From assembly GCA_021158055.1 (NCBI GenBank), contig JAGGVJ010000020.1, forward strand, positions 1-20,165: 20,165 bases of DNA, given 5' to 3'. The translations under genes were made by a program, and so were the position numbers. This DNA is from Candidatus Iainarchaeum sp. (lineage in GTDB: Archaea > Iainarchaeota > Iainarchaeia > JAGGVJ01). The notes beneath the pieces are model-generated. The model made no database searches, was not told the origin of the DNA, and saw only the letters and a list, made by a program, of their open reading frames with translations. This document shows, piece after piece, positions 1 to 8,587 of this stretch. The first letter of the stretch is position 1, and every line of letters begins with the position of its first letter.

Positions 1-1646
1 CGGTTGTAGATGTGGACTTCATCGATCTGGCCGTTGAAATAATTTATAGCGCCTGGTCTATTACCTATTAACCCAACTGCTTCGGTAGTGGATAATGTTT
101 TAACACTACTTACATCGAAAACACCATTTACATATATGGTTACCGTCGTGCCATCATAACTTACTGCAAGGTGAGTCCAATCAGTAGTTATGGGTAAAAC
201 CCCAGCAAGGTCGTTGTAGAATCCTACAAAATAAGATTTTCCATTAGAAATTCCAATTGCAAAAGAAGCGGAAGTTGCTCCACTTCCTAACCCAACCGCC
301 ATTGTCATAGGAATTACATCGTTAGATTTCACCCATGCAGATATTGTTCTTGGATTCGAACCGCTAATACCCATATTAGAAACTGTTTGTACATAATCCC
401 CGCTCCCGTCAAAACTCAATGCCTGGTCGTATCTGCCGTCGACGTAATGAGTGTCGCCCTGCAGAGTTCCTGCGTTGCTGTTTCCACTTGAATCATGAGC
501 TATGGTCCCCGAACCTTCATCAAAATGCCAGCTGCCGACCAGACCTGTCTCGTCATAAACAGGGTTGTCAACCTTCACCTGATAACCAGCCAAAGCAGAA
601 CCTCCGGTATTGTCAATCTCTATCGCTTTCCTGAAAGAAAAAGTCCTGTCCGACTGCTCAGAACTAACATAAATTGTCGGTTCGGGGGAAGTGTATTTGC
701 GGGCGCGAATGTTATCCCATCTACTTGGATAACTACTACAGTTCCCCGCCGAAGCACTTGTGTATAACCTTAAATCATTTGATGCCGTTAATCCTGATGC
801 TGTCTGTTGGGTTTTTTGAACCCCATCAACATAAAATGTCCACGTATCACCTAACCTAGTAACTTTATGACGGTGCAATCCGGCAGTCACTGTATTTGAA
901 CCAGAATCATAACCTATTGCCGGAGAAGTACCGGATGTGGAAAAAGTATATCCACAATAGCCCCCTGATCCTGCCTTATTGCCATTATCAACATAAATAA
1001 ACGTAACAGATCCCTGCTGTAAAGAATTACCATACGCGTCCTTTCCCTGAATATAATAATCCCACTCCCAACACCCGTCTTCTGCTAAATTTTGGCTCTT
1101 GCGGATCCCACACCCGCAAACACTGCTTTTCATTCTTTTACTTGTTACCCCGTCTAAGCTTTCTTCTGCAACAACATAATTAGCATTGTCATTCCAGTCA
1201 GAAATATCTCCATCTTCAAAATCATCAAAAAAATCAAAAACTGCACTGCCATCACTCGCGCTCACAGCACCCGGATTGCCGTAATACATGTGAATATCAA
1301 CTGAAGAGTTTGCAGGAACACTTGGAACATTCACCCAAACCTTTGTATTTGTGGTGCCGCAACCCGACTCAACCCAGTAACTCAACTCCTGTGCTCCGGA
1401 ACTGTCAGCAAACCTCAAATCACTGCAATCACTGTTCATACTCCCGGCAGAAATCAGGGATTGAAAATCAAACTCAACCAAGACCTGAAAATCAGCCAGA
1501 TCAGAACCGCTGGTGTCAGTAACAGTAATTACTTTCCTGTACTCCCAGCTTGAATCCCACCAGGCGCCGGCTGAAAGGACAGGGGACAAAAAAAGAACAA
1601 CGATTAAAAAAACAAATGATTTAGTCAACGCATTCAAAAACAACAC
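1..1646 (-). CDS. Secreted/surface protein with DUF2341 and LamG (concanavalin A-like) domains; 3' end runs off the window
   Basis: Manual translation of the minus strand is open from GTG 1646 (or TTG 1637 after an AAGGTG RBS) to base 1. It is absent from the ORF track because the stop lies outside the window. Signal peptide (FVFLIVVLFLSPVLSA), then WWDSSWEYRKVITV...DCSDLRF...YWVE...VWVNVP...MYYGNP...FFDDF (DUF2341-type), then GLVGSWHFDEGSG...ALSFDGSGDYV...WTHLAVSYDG...FNGQIDEVHIYNR (LamG-type). Confidence 0.9.
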   Translation of the reverse strand, partial: MLFLNALTKSFVFLIVVLFLSPVLSAGAWWDSSWEYRKVITVTDTSGSDLADFQVLVEFDFQSLISAGSMNSDCSDLRFADSSGAQELSYWVESGCGTTNTKVWVNVPSVPANSSVDIHMYYGNPGAVSASDGSAVFDFFDDFEDGDISDWNDNANYVVAEESLDGVTSKRMKSSVCGCGIRKSQNLAEDGCWEWDYYIQGKDAYGNSLQQGSVTFIYVDNGNKAGSGGYCGYTFSTSGTSPAIGYDSGSNTVTAGLHRHKVTRLGDTWTFYVDGVQKTQQTASGLTASNDLRLYTSASAGNCSSYPSRWDNIRARKYTSPEPTIYVSSEQSDRTFSFRKAIEIDNTGGSALAGYQVKVDNPVYDETGLVGSWHFDEGSGTIAHDSSGNSNAGTLQGDTHYVDGRYDQALSFDGSGDYVQTVSNMGISGSNPRTISAWVKSNDVIPMTMAVGLGSGATSASFAIGISNGKSYFVGFYNDLAGVLPITTDWTHLAVSYDGTTVTIYVNGVFDVSSVKTLSTTEAVGLIGNRPGAINYFNGQIDEVHIYN

Positions 1647-1867
1647 CTTGTTTTCATTTTTTCTCTTTCAACAAAAAAACTCAGTGAATCTGTACAGTAA
1701 AACACAAACAAAGTAACTAAAAAGGCATACTAAAAAGTATCGCTGAAACAAAAAATGCAGTGTCGATAATCAAAGAATACCGGCAAAAAATAATAACCTG
1801 GAGAGTCAATAATAATACACTTATAATCAAAAACACAATATCAAAATACAATCATAATAACACGATC

Positions 1868-1904
1868 ATAATTAAACAAACTTAAACAGATAATTAAACA
1901 AACT
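1868..1904. repeat. Direct repeat ATAATTAAACAAACT x2 (22-bp period) upstream of the RecJ-like gene
   Basis: Exact 15-mer at 1868-1882 and 1890-1904 in an AT-rich divergent intergenic region. Confidence 0.6.
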
Positions 1905-1922
1905 CATGAACAAAGTGATTTC

Positions 1923-3407
1923 TTGGAAAAAACAAAAACAAACGAAAGCGGATTTACAGAAACTGCGCAAAAGGCAGCTGACTGGATAGCTGAACGCGAC
2001 GACTTTCACGTAATCGGGCACTTTGATGCTGACGGCCTGACTTCAATCGGGATAATCGGGCAGACCTTGTTTCGTCTCGGGAAAAAGTTTGAGTCAAAAG
2101 CAATCAAGCAGCTTTACGCTGACGAGCTTGACGGGATTGAAAAACAAAACATAATTTTTCTTGACCTCGGCTCAGGGCAGATAAACACAATCAGGGAAAA
2201 ACTGAAGGGAAAAAACATCCTGATCCTTGACCACCACACCCCGGAAGAAACCGGCAGTGCGAAAACAGGCAACAGTGAATCCGGATCAAGCAAAGACGAA
2301 TCTGAATCAATCAAAAGCGAACCTGAATCAGAGATCCTTGAATTCAACCCGCACATGTTCGGCATTGACGGGGGGACAGAAATTTCCGGGGCCGGGATGT
2401 CTTTTTTTGTGGCAAGCCGGTTCGGGTTCAATGACTTGTCAGCGCTTGCAATAGTGGGCGCCGCAGGAGACATGCAGGACTACAGCCATGCAAGGCTTGT
2501 GGGAAAAAACCGCGAAATTCTTGACATTGCAAAAAAAGAGAAAGTGCTTGAATACAAAAACGACCTGCGTTTGTACGGCAGAATGAGCAGGCCGATTCTT
2601 CAAATGCTTGTGTATTCAACTGACCCCGTGCTTCCGAACCTCACTGCAGACGAAAAAAACAGTTTGTATTTTCTTGAAAAACTATGCATTCCCCTGAAAA
2701 CGCGCGACGGGGAATGGCGCACTTACTCCGGACTGGAACCAAGTGAAAAAAAGGCGCTTGTTTCAGCGCTCATCAACCATTGCATTGCAAACAACCTTTC
2801 AAGGTACAAAATGAAATTCCTGATAGGGGAAGTGTATGAACTGCTGCTTGAAGAACCCGGCTCTCCCTTGCGCGACGCAAAAGAATTCGCAACCATTTTG
2901 AACTCGTGCGGAAGGAACAACAAGCCCGACATTGGAATCCGCCTTTGCATGGGTGAACGCGACCAGGCATACAAAGAAGCGCTTTTGATGTGGGCAAAGC
3001 ACAAAACAGCACTTCGAACCGGAATCGAATTCATTCAGGCGACCGGGATTCAGGAAAAAAAAAACTATCTTCTGATTGACGGAAAAGACCGGATAAGCGA
3101 AAGCATAATCGGGATAATCGCGGGAATGCTTTACAGTTCAAACAACATCCCCCACAACAAGCCCATCTTTGCGCTTGCATGCGACGGAAGCGAAAAACTG
3201 AAAATTTCAGCCAGGGGAAACCGCGACCTTGTCTTCAAAGGACTTGACCTGAGCGCGGCCATGAAAACAGCGTGTGAAAAAGTAGACGGGGAAGGCGGGG
3301 GGCACAAAATAGCTGCCGGGGCAAAAATAAACGCTGCAAAAAAAGACGAGTTTTTCAAAGTAATAGACGAGGTTATGAAACAGCAGATGACTGCTCAAGG
3401 CAAGTGA
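1923..3407 (+). CDS. recJ: Archaeal RecJ/Cdc45-like DHH-family phosphoesterase (ssDNA exonuclease) with DHHA1 domain
   Basis: 494 aa with HFDADG, DLGSG, DHH, GAAGDMQ and C-terminal SARG...GGGHKIAAGA motifs. TTG start follows AAGTGA. Confidence 0.9.
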   Translation: MEKTKTNESGFTETAQKAADWIAERDDFHVIGHFDADGLTSIGIIGQTLFRLGKKFESKAIKQLYADELDGIEKQNIIFLDLGSGQINTIREKLKGKNILILDHHTPEETGSAKTGNSESGSSKDESESIKSEPESEILEFNPHMFGIDGGTEISGAGMSFFVASRFGFNDLSALAIVGAAGDMQDYSHARLVGKNREILDIAKKEKVLEYKNDLRLYGRMSRPILQMLVYSTDPVLPNLTADEKNSLYFLEKLCIPLKTRDGEWRTYSGLEPSEKKALVSALINHCIANNLSRYKMKFLIGEVYELLLEEPGSPLRDAKEFATILNSCGRNNKPDIGIRLCMGERDQAYKEALLMWAKHKTALRTGIEFIQATGIQEKKNYLLIDGKDRISESIIGIIAGMLYSSNNIPHNKPIFALACDGSEKLKISARGNRDLVFKGLDLSAAMKTACEKVDGEGGGHKIAAGAKINAAKKDEFFKVIDEVMKQQMTAQGK

Positions 3408-3441
3408 CTGTTCAGATAAAACCTCCGCAGGCAGGCATTGT

Positions 3442-4902
3442 TCAAATAAGGTCTGTGCGGCGAACCACCACAATTGCAACTGTAATCAGGACTATTATGA
3501 GAACTGCGAAAAGAACCATATTGAAACTGGAACCTGCATCTCCGGAACCGACGAAACCATCAAAAACCCCTGATATGTTCTTGTCTTCTTTTGCCTGGTC
3601 TTCAAGCAGTTTTTCAGCCATCAAAATTGAGTCTTTCTTATTCACATTCACTTCTTTTGTAACGGAAGACTCGGCTCCAAGATTGTCAACCACTGTCAGC
3701 TTAACTGAAAACACACCGTCTTTAAGGAAAGTGTGCTGCACAATTTTTCCTGAAGCGCTTTTCCCGTCCCCGAAATCAAATGTGTACTTCACTATTTCAC
3801 CGTCGTCTGAAGAGCCTGACGCGTCAAAACTTGCCTGCTTGCCGGCCACTACAGACCCGGGAACTGAAAAAACAGGCACCGGAGAATCATTTTTTGGTTC
3901 CGGTTGCTGCGGGTTCAGCGCCTTGACATAGCCGGAGTACGCAACTGAATAAAACAAAACATTGTCAAATGACTGCACTGAATCGCTGATCCCTGAAATG
4001 CAGTTCATGTTCTGGGTGAGTTCAGGTGAAGAGATCCCGCTTCCAAGCCTGCTCAAGTCGAAAACCGCGAAAGCTGTTTCCTCAATTGTCATCCCGGTAA
4101 GATTCGGCGACCAGCCCCCGTCAAAGGACTGGTTTGAAAGGATGAATGATTTTGCCGCTTCCCTGTCAAACGATGCGCTTGTGTGAGTCAGGGCATAAAG
4201 CACGGAAAGAGTGGATGTCAGGTTTGCCTTTGACAACAGGTCCGGCGTCCTTGACCAGCCCCCCTCGTCATCAAAAACAGAATCCGGGGAGTCGTGCTTG
4301 AACTGCATGGCTTCAAGCTCTGAAAACAAAACTTCTGCCCCCGGGTCCCCGGCGGCTTCAAGCGCCATTGCAGCAAAGGCCTTGTTGCAGATTTCGTCAA
4401 CGCAGACATACTCGATGCCGTAAGCGTCGTTCATCAATGCTTTTGAATAATCCTGCTTTTTCAGGTACGCGACTGCATCTTCTATCGGCTGCCCTTTGAC
4501 ACCGAAACTGTCAAGCCCTTTGACAATCATTGACGTTGTCCTCGGGTTGTTTGCCCAGCTGCCGTTCGGGGTCTGGCTGTCCAGTGCCCAGTCAATCATT
4601 TTTTGAACCCCGCCCTGGAAAGTCCCGGCATCTGATTTGACTGTCCACACCGTGTCCTTTGAATAGCCGACATCAGAAAAGACAAGCAAAGCATATGCGG
4701 TCGCAACAGAAGAGTTTTTCATGCTGCCGTTTTCCGCCTGGCTGTTCTTAAAGCCGTCGATTGCGTAATCGTAAGGGGTTGCCGCAAAAGCAGAAAACAG
4801 CATGAATGAAACAAAAAGCAACACAAAAATGAATCTAAAATAAAAAGGAATAACAGCACCCTTAAAGGGACTTTGTGTTGTGTGCATGCATGAAACACTC
4901 AT
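3442..4902 (-). CDS. Membrane-anchored surface protein with prenyltransferase/squalene-cyclase-like alpha-alpha repeats and a PKD domain
   Basis: N-terminal hydrophobic signal; QW-like repeats (SQAENGS, SQTPNGSW, DEGGW, NQSFDGGW); PKD motifs (FDASGSSDDGEIVKYTFDFGDG, VKLTVVDNLG); C-terminal TM helix followed by RR. Confidence 0.8.
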   Translation of the reverse strand: MSVSCMHTTQSPFKGAVIPFYFRFIFVLLFVSFMLFSAFAATPYDYAIDGFKNSQAENGSMKNSSVATAYALLVFSDVGYSKDTVWTVKSDAGTFQGGVQKMIDWALDSQTPNGSWANNPRTTSMIVKGLDSFGVKGQPIEDAVAYLKKQDYSKALMNDAYGIEYVCVDEICNKAFAAMALEAAGDPGAEVLFSELEAMQFKHDSPDSVFDDEGGWSRTPDLLSKANLTSTLSVLYALTHTSASFDREAAKSFILSNQSFDGGWSPNLTGMTIEETAFAVFDLSRLGSGISSPELTQNMNCISGISDSVQSFDNVLFYSVAYSGYVKALNPQQPEPKNDSPVPVFSVPGSVVAGKQASFDASGSSDDGEIVKYTFDFGDGKSASGKIVQHTFLKDGVFSVKLTVVDNLGAESSVTKEVNVNKKDSILMAEKLLEDQAKEDKNISGVFDGFVGSGDAGSSFNMVLFAVLIIVLITVAIVVVRRTDLI

Positions 4903-5049
4903 AAGCTTACCTTTTTGTTTTATTTTTCAAAATTCCGGCAACTTTCAAAATCTTTGACAAGTCACAAAATAACTATTCCTTTATAACTTATAAATCTTCT
5001 TAAACAAAACTCAAAACCGCAACCGGTTAACTCAAGCCAGGGCAAAACA

Positions 5050-5865
5050 TCAATATCGAGTCCACTCAATTGAAAGCTTTTCAAGTGCCTGTTCAATGGT
5101 TTTTCTTTCTGTCGAGCGCAGGCCCTTGCTGTCAAAAGCCGCAAACTCTACTTTTTGCCTGGTTTTTTCAACTGCCTGTTTCACCATTTCAAAATCAACG
5201 TCTTGTGCAGCCCACTTTGGAACTATGTGGGAAAGCGCAAATTCTTCCTCCATTTCTTTGCGCGCAAGCAAAGGGCAGTAATGGGGGCCGCCAAAACCCA
5301 GCGCAACAGGGAACTTTGAAATGGCGTTTGATTCAAAGTCGTCAACGCTTTCGCTAATCACCCCTGCAACCATTGCCCCGCCGTCAATGCGTTTCCAGTC
5401 ATGTTCGGTGCTCCCGAGTTCAACAAAAACGCATGGTTTTTTCAGCGCGGTGGGGCCGTGGTGAGTGGCTTCAAGAGCCACTTCAAAATCTTTCTGGTCA
5501 AGCGAAAGCAGTTTTGAAAACGCATGCCTTTGAAAAAGAGCGTCTGAAAACGCAAGTTCTTTGTCGCGTCCCCCGAACTTTGCCTCCCCGAAATTTCCCG
5601 GCGCATGAACGCAAAAAGACGGCCTTCCTGATTCGCTTGCGTGCCTTGAGGCAAAAACAAAAAGGTCGGGATCAAAAAAATCATTCAAGTGGTCGGCGAA
5701 AACCTGGCTTTCCTTTAAAAACACCATCTTTGACTTGTTTCTTTGAAACACCTTGAAACCCTCAAAATACTCACCTGAGTCCTCAAACCCGTGGTTTTCA
5801 ATCAAATGGGCTGCTATGTTTTTTCCTGCCAGGTCAGTGTCTGAAACAACAATTACTGTGCTCAT
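5050..5865 (-). CDS. dtdA: D-aminoacyl-tRNA deacylase, archaeal DTD2/GEK1 type
   Basis: 271 aa with SRHAS, VHAPGNFGEAKFGG, EATHHGPT, FVELGS and GFGGPHY motifs. Confidence 0.93.
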   Translation of the reverse strand: MSTVIVVSDTDLAGKNIAAHLIENHGFEDSGEYFEGFKVFQRNKSKMVFLKESQVFADHLNDFFDPDLFVFASRHASESGRPSFCVHAPGNFGEAKFGGRDKELAFSDALFQRHAFSKLLSLDQKDFEVALEATHHGPTALKKPCVFVELGSTEHDWKRIDGGAMVAGVISESVDDFESNAISKFPVALGFGGPHYCPLLARKEMEEEFALSHIVPKWAAQDVDFEMVKQAVEKTRQKVEFAAFDSKGLRSTERKTIEQALEKLSIEWTRY

Positions 5866-5885
5866 AACAAAAATAAGGGTGACCG

Positions 5886-5917
5886 TAAATAAAAAAGCCG
5901 GGTTTTCTCAAGAACCC
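5886..5917 (-). promoter_or_regulatory. Short hairpin plus T-run (possible terminator of the upstream gene) overlapping a TATA-like box about 30 nt before the dtdA ATG
   Basis: Minus strand reads GGGTT-CTTGAGAA-AACCC GGC TTTTTTATTTA. Confidence 0.4.
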
Positions 5918-5934
5918 TTGTTTTTTTGAGTTCT

Positions 5935-7038
5935 TCAAAACCCCAGATAATTTGTGTAAAACACTGGTTCGCTGCCAACGCTCACTTCAAGTGATTTGCC
6001 CACAACACACTCGAAAAACCCCACATTCACTTTGTCGCCGTCAAACAAATCCACTGACTTTGCCCGAATCCACGGGTTTGCGTGCTTTCCGTCAACAACG
6101 AATTCAAAAGACGAAGCTTTAACTTGGCCAGAACCCGAAAACTCAAACAGGAAGCTTTCAGTTGAACTGCAACTGGTCGGAGCGTCAGTTAAAGACAACC
6201 TGCCATCAAGGGGTTTAACAGGTACTGAAACAACTGAATCATTCATAACATTAACTTGCGGAACAAAACTTTTTTCCTGGTGCAAAAATTCCTCTTCAAC
6301 AGGGAAATCGCCCGAATCAGAACCGAACACACCCGGTAAAGAAAACCCCTTACCAAAAACCCCCTCTGAAATACCTGAAAAATCAATGGCGGTTGCTGAA
6401 AAAAATAAAAATGCACTTAAAAGCACAATGACCACCGGAAACAAAACACCGCGTTTGTTTACTTTCCGCGCCGGATTGCCCGGGCCGCTTGAAGGATCAA
6501 GGGGGGTTTTTGATTTTGCTTTCCGGATAAAATCCTTTTTCCCGGATTTTTTCTGCCCCGCAACAACAGGCACTGCATACACTGGCCTGACAAGCAAAAC
6601 ACTGCCGGCAACAGCTTTCGCAAAAGAAGACATTGAAGACAACAGAAAAACCGCTGCTTTGTCTGAAAAAAACACTGTTTTTTTGAGGATGCCTGAAACA
6701 AAATAAACCGGAAAAAGCAAAAAGTTAACCAAAGAAGACCTTGACGGCAACAGGAATTTAAGTAAGCCAAGCCACTTCTTTGCTTTCAGCGTCTTTGCAT
6801 TTGCAGAATCGCGTTTTGTCCGCCCCGGCACAGACAAAGCAGCTTCTTTAATCAATTTTCTTCCAGTGTTAAACCTGGATCTTTGTGAATAAGAGTCCAT
6901 GTGCAACGACACTTCCTGAACATCTTCAATCGTAAAACCTGCTGAGTAAAGCAACTCCCGCGTGCCCGAGTCAGACTCGCCCTGTCCTCTGAGTTTTGCA
7001 ATCAAACCTGCAATTTCTTCTTTTTCTTTATCATTCAT
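5935..7038 (-). CDS. Hypothetical membrane protein
   Basis: Long ORF. ATG 7038 is preferred over the track's TTG 7074 because it follows AAGGTGAG. Basic N-terminal half with hydrophobic stretches, a clear TM helix (VLFPVVIVLLSAFLFFSA) and a beta-rich C-terminal domain. Confidence 0.7.
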   Translation of the reverse strand: MNDKEKEEIAGLIAKLRGQGESDSGTRELLYSAGFTIEDVQEVSLHMDSYSQRSRFNTGRKLIKEAALSVPGRTKRDSANAKTLKAKKWLGLLKFLLPSRSSLVNFLLFPVYFVSGILKKTVFFSDKAAVFLLSSMSSFAKAVAGSVLLVRPVYAVPVVAGQKKSGKKDFIRKAKSKTPLDPSSGPGNPARKVNKRGVLFPVVIVLLSAFLFFSATAIDFSGISEGVFGKGFSLPGVFGSDSGDFPVEEEFLHQEKSFVPQVNVMNDSVVSVPVKPLDGRLSLTDAPTSCSSTESFLFEFSGSGQVKASSFEFVVDGKHANPWIRAKSVDLFDGDKVNVGFFECVVGKSLEVSVGSEPVFYTNYLGF

Positions 7039-7131
7039 AATCTCACCTTCTGCAAGCCAAGGAATATAATCCAAAAATACTATGTAAAAGTCAAAACATC
7101 TGATAAGCGTACATTATACCCGCAACAATGA

Positions 7132-7139
7132 TATTTAAA
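7132..7139 (-). promoter_or_regulatory. Putative TATA box for the 5935-7038 gene
   Basis: Minus strand CAAAGA-TTTAAATA (purine-rich BRE-like bases followed by TATA). Confidence 0.4.
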
Positions 7140-7506
7140 TCTTTGCAAAAAAAATACATTAATCAGTGATGCCACAGATCCGGCAGCCGCCTGCCACATA
7201 AATGACTATCACTAACACAATTGCAAAATACACGCCAATCAGACCATTAAACTGCCAGATCGTTTGACTGTAAGACTGGGTCAGCTCGCCTAAAATTTGA
7301 AGAATATCCTAAGATAAACCTGGTATAAAAACTTTGAGTATGTGATCCAAAAAATTAAGCGGCATAAAAACCGGTTCTGAAAAAGTACAAAAAAGAAAAA
7401 CTTTTTATCCGAAACCACTTTATTCATATAGTGTTCTTTGTTCAAAATTGTTCAAAAAACCAGTAAATAAGCTGCAAAAAAATCCAAAGACAAACTGGTG
7501 CCGTAA

Positions 7507-7998
7507 ATGCCGAAAACAAACCTGCCGGAAGCGCAATACATCGAAAAAACCATCACGATTAGGGAAATGAGGCTCCCACCCGAAGTGGAAATGACAAAAA
7601 AGTCACTTGTAAGGTGGTTTGCCCTGTCAATAGGGCTGATTTCAGAAGACGAAAGCAGGCAAACTGTGCTTGACGTGCTTGATGCATTCCTGCACTACCA
7701 GTTCAGGGAAGGAATAGACCCCACAACAAACGACATATTTGACCACATGAAGAAAAAAAATAAAGCCTATTCAAAAAGATCCCCGCAGTCCACAGAAAAA
7801 CTCATAAGGTACCACTTAAACCACCTTTCCTCGCTCAACATAGCCAAAAGAAAGGGCAGGACTTACACGCTGATAAAGCACCCGACATCTTCAGACATAA
7901 CAGACTCCATACAGCACTCGCTTGACTCAAACGTGTCAAACGCCTTTGACCACATAACAAAAGGGTTCGTAAAACTCTCGGACATGTACAAGCATTAA
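7507..7998 (+). CDS. Hypothetical protein, probable winged-helix DNA-binding/regulatory protein
   Basis: 163 aa after a GGTG RBS. TTNDIF...TEKLIRYHLNHLSSLNIAKRKGRTYTL resembles a recognition helix plus wing (ArsR/TrmB-like pattern). Confidence 0.6.
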   Translation: MPKTNLPEAQYIEKTITIREMRLPPEVEMTKKSLVRWFALSIGLISEDESRQTVLDVLDAFLHYQFREGIDPTTNDIFDHMKKKNKAYSKRSPQSTEKLIRYHLNHLSSLNIAKRKGRTYTLIKHPTSSDITDSIQHSLDSNVSNAFDHITKGFVKLSDMYKH

Positions 7999-8047
7999 CC
8001 CCAATGAATTTATTTCCCTTAACCAATATTTATACAGGTGATTTTTC

Positions 8048-8410
8048 ATGGCAAACAAATTTGCAGTCAAAACAAGTTTTCATCCCTACCGCATGGTCAT
8101 TAAAAGAAAAGAAAAAGTGGAAATGCGCGTGGAAATAACAAACACAAGCGAAGAAGAGAAAATGACTTCGCTCACAGTGGAAACCCCAAAAGGCCTCAGC
8201 CTCAACGAAACCTTAAACATTACCTCGCTTGAAAAAAGACTGGGAATCCTGAAACCAAAACAAACCGCGCGCATTTTTTTCAACATCCACCCGCGTTTCG
8301 ACACACCGCCCGGGCCGAAAGAAATCAGTTTAAGCCTCATAGAACACCACAAAAGCTACGACTTTGTATCTGACCAGTTTGACAGCAAAATAACCCTTAA
8401 AACAGAATAA
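8048..8410 (+). CDS. Hypothetical protein, single Ig-like beta-sandwich (CARDB/NEW3-like pattern), no signal peptide
   Basis: Strong AGGTGA RBS. VEMRVEITN...LTVETPKGL...LGILKPKQT...FNIHP...PPG pattern. Confidence 0.6.
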   Translation: MANKFAVKTSFHPYRMVIKRKEKVEMRVEITNTSEEEKMTSLTVETPKGLSLNETLNITSLEKRLGILKPKQTARIFFNIHPRFDTPPGPKEISLSLIEHHKSYDFVSDQFDSKITLKTE

Positions 8411-8488
8411 CTGCTGAAATCATATTTCTTTCAAACAGAATAACTGCTGAAATCATATTTCTTTCAAACAGAATGACTGCTGAAATCA
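8400..8488 (+). repeat. 33-bp tandem repeat, 2.7 copies, starting across the stop codon of the 8048-8410 gene
   Basis: AAACAGAATAACTGCTGAAATCATATTTCTTTC at 8400-8432 and 8433-8465 (identical), plus a partial copy at 8466-8488 with one substitution. Confidence 0.95.
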
Positions 8489-8558
8489 AACAAAAAACTG
8501 CGTTTTTGCCCACTTGGTTTCGGCAATCACCAACAAAACAAAAAAACCTTAACAAATC

Positions 8559-8566
8559 TTTTAAAT
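8559..8566 (+). promoter_or_regulatory. Putative TATA box of a leaderless transcript
   Basis: TTTTAAAT begins 29 nt before ATG 8588. Confidence 0.5.
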
Positions 8567-8587
8567 CACAAACACATTAAGTCTTAT

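Noticed and set aside
419-1716. Plus-strand ORFs 419-634, 495-767, 674-859, 1310-1522, 1513-1716
   Set aside because: Shadows of the continuous minus-strand DUF2341/LamG gene.
3404-3931. 175-aa plus-strand ORF with a GTGA overlap on recJ
   Set aside because: Antisense to the PKD-domain gene, with Ser/Thr/Phe-rich shadow composition and no motifs.
5996-6706. 236-aa plus-strand ORF
   Set aside because: Antisense shadow of the 5935-7038 membrane-protein gene, which has an RBS and a TM helix.
8400-8488. CRISPR array
   Set aside because: The units are contiguous identical repeats with no unique spacers, and there are no cas genes in the window.
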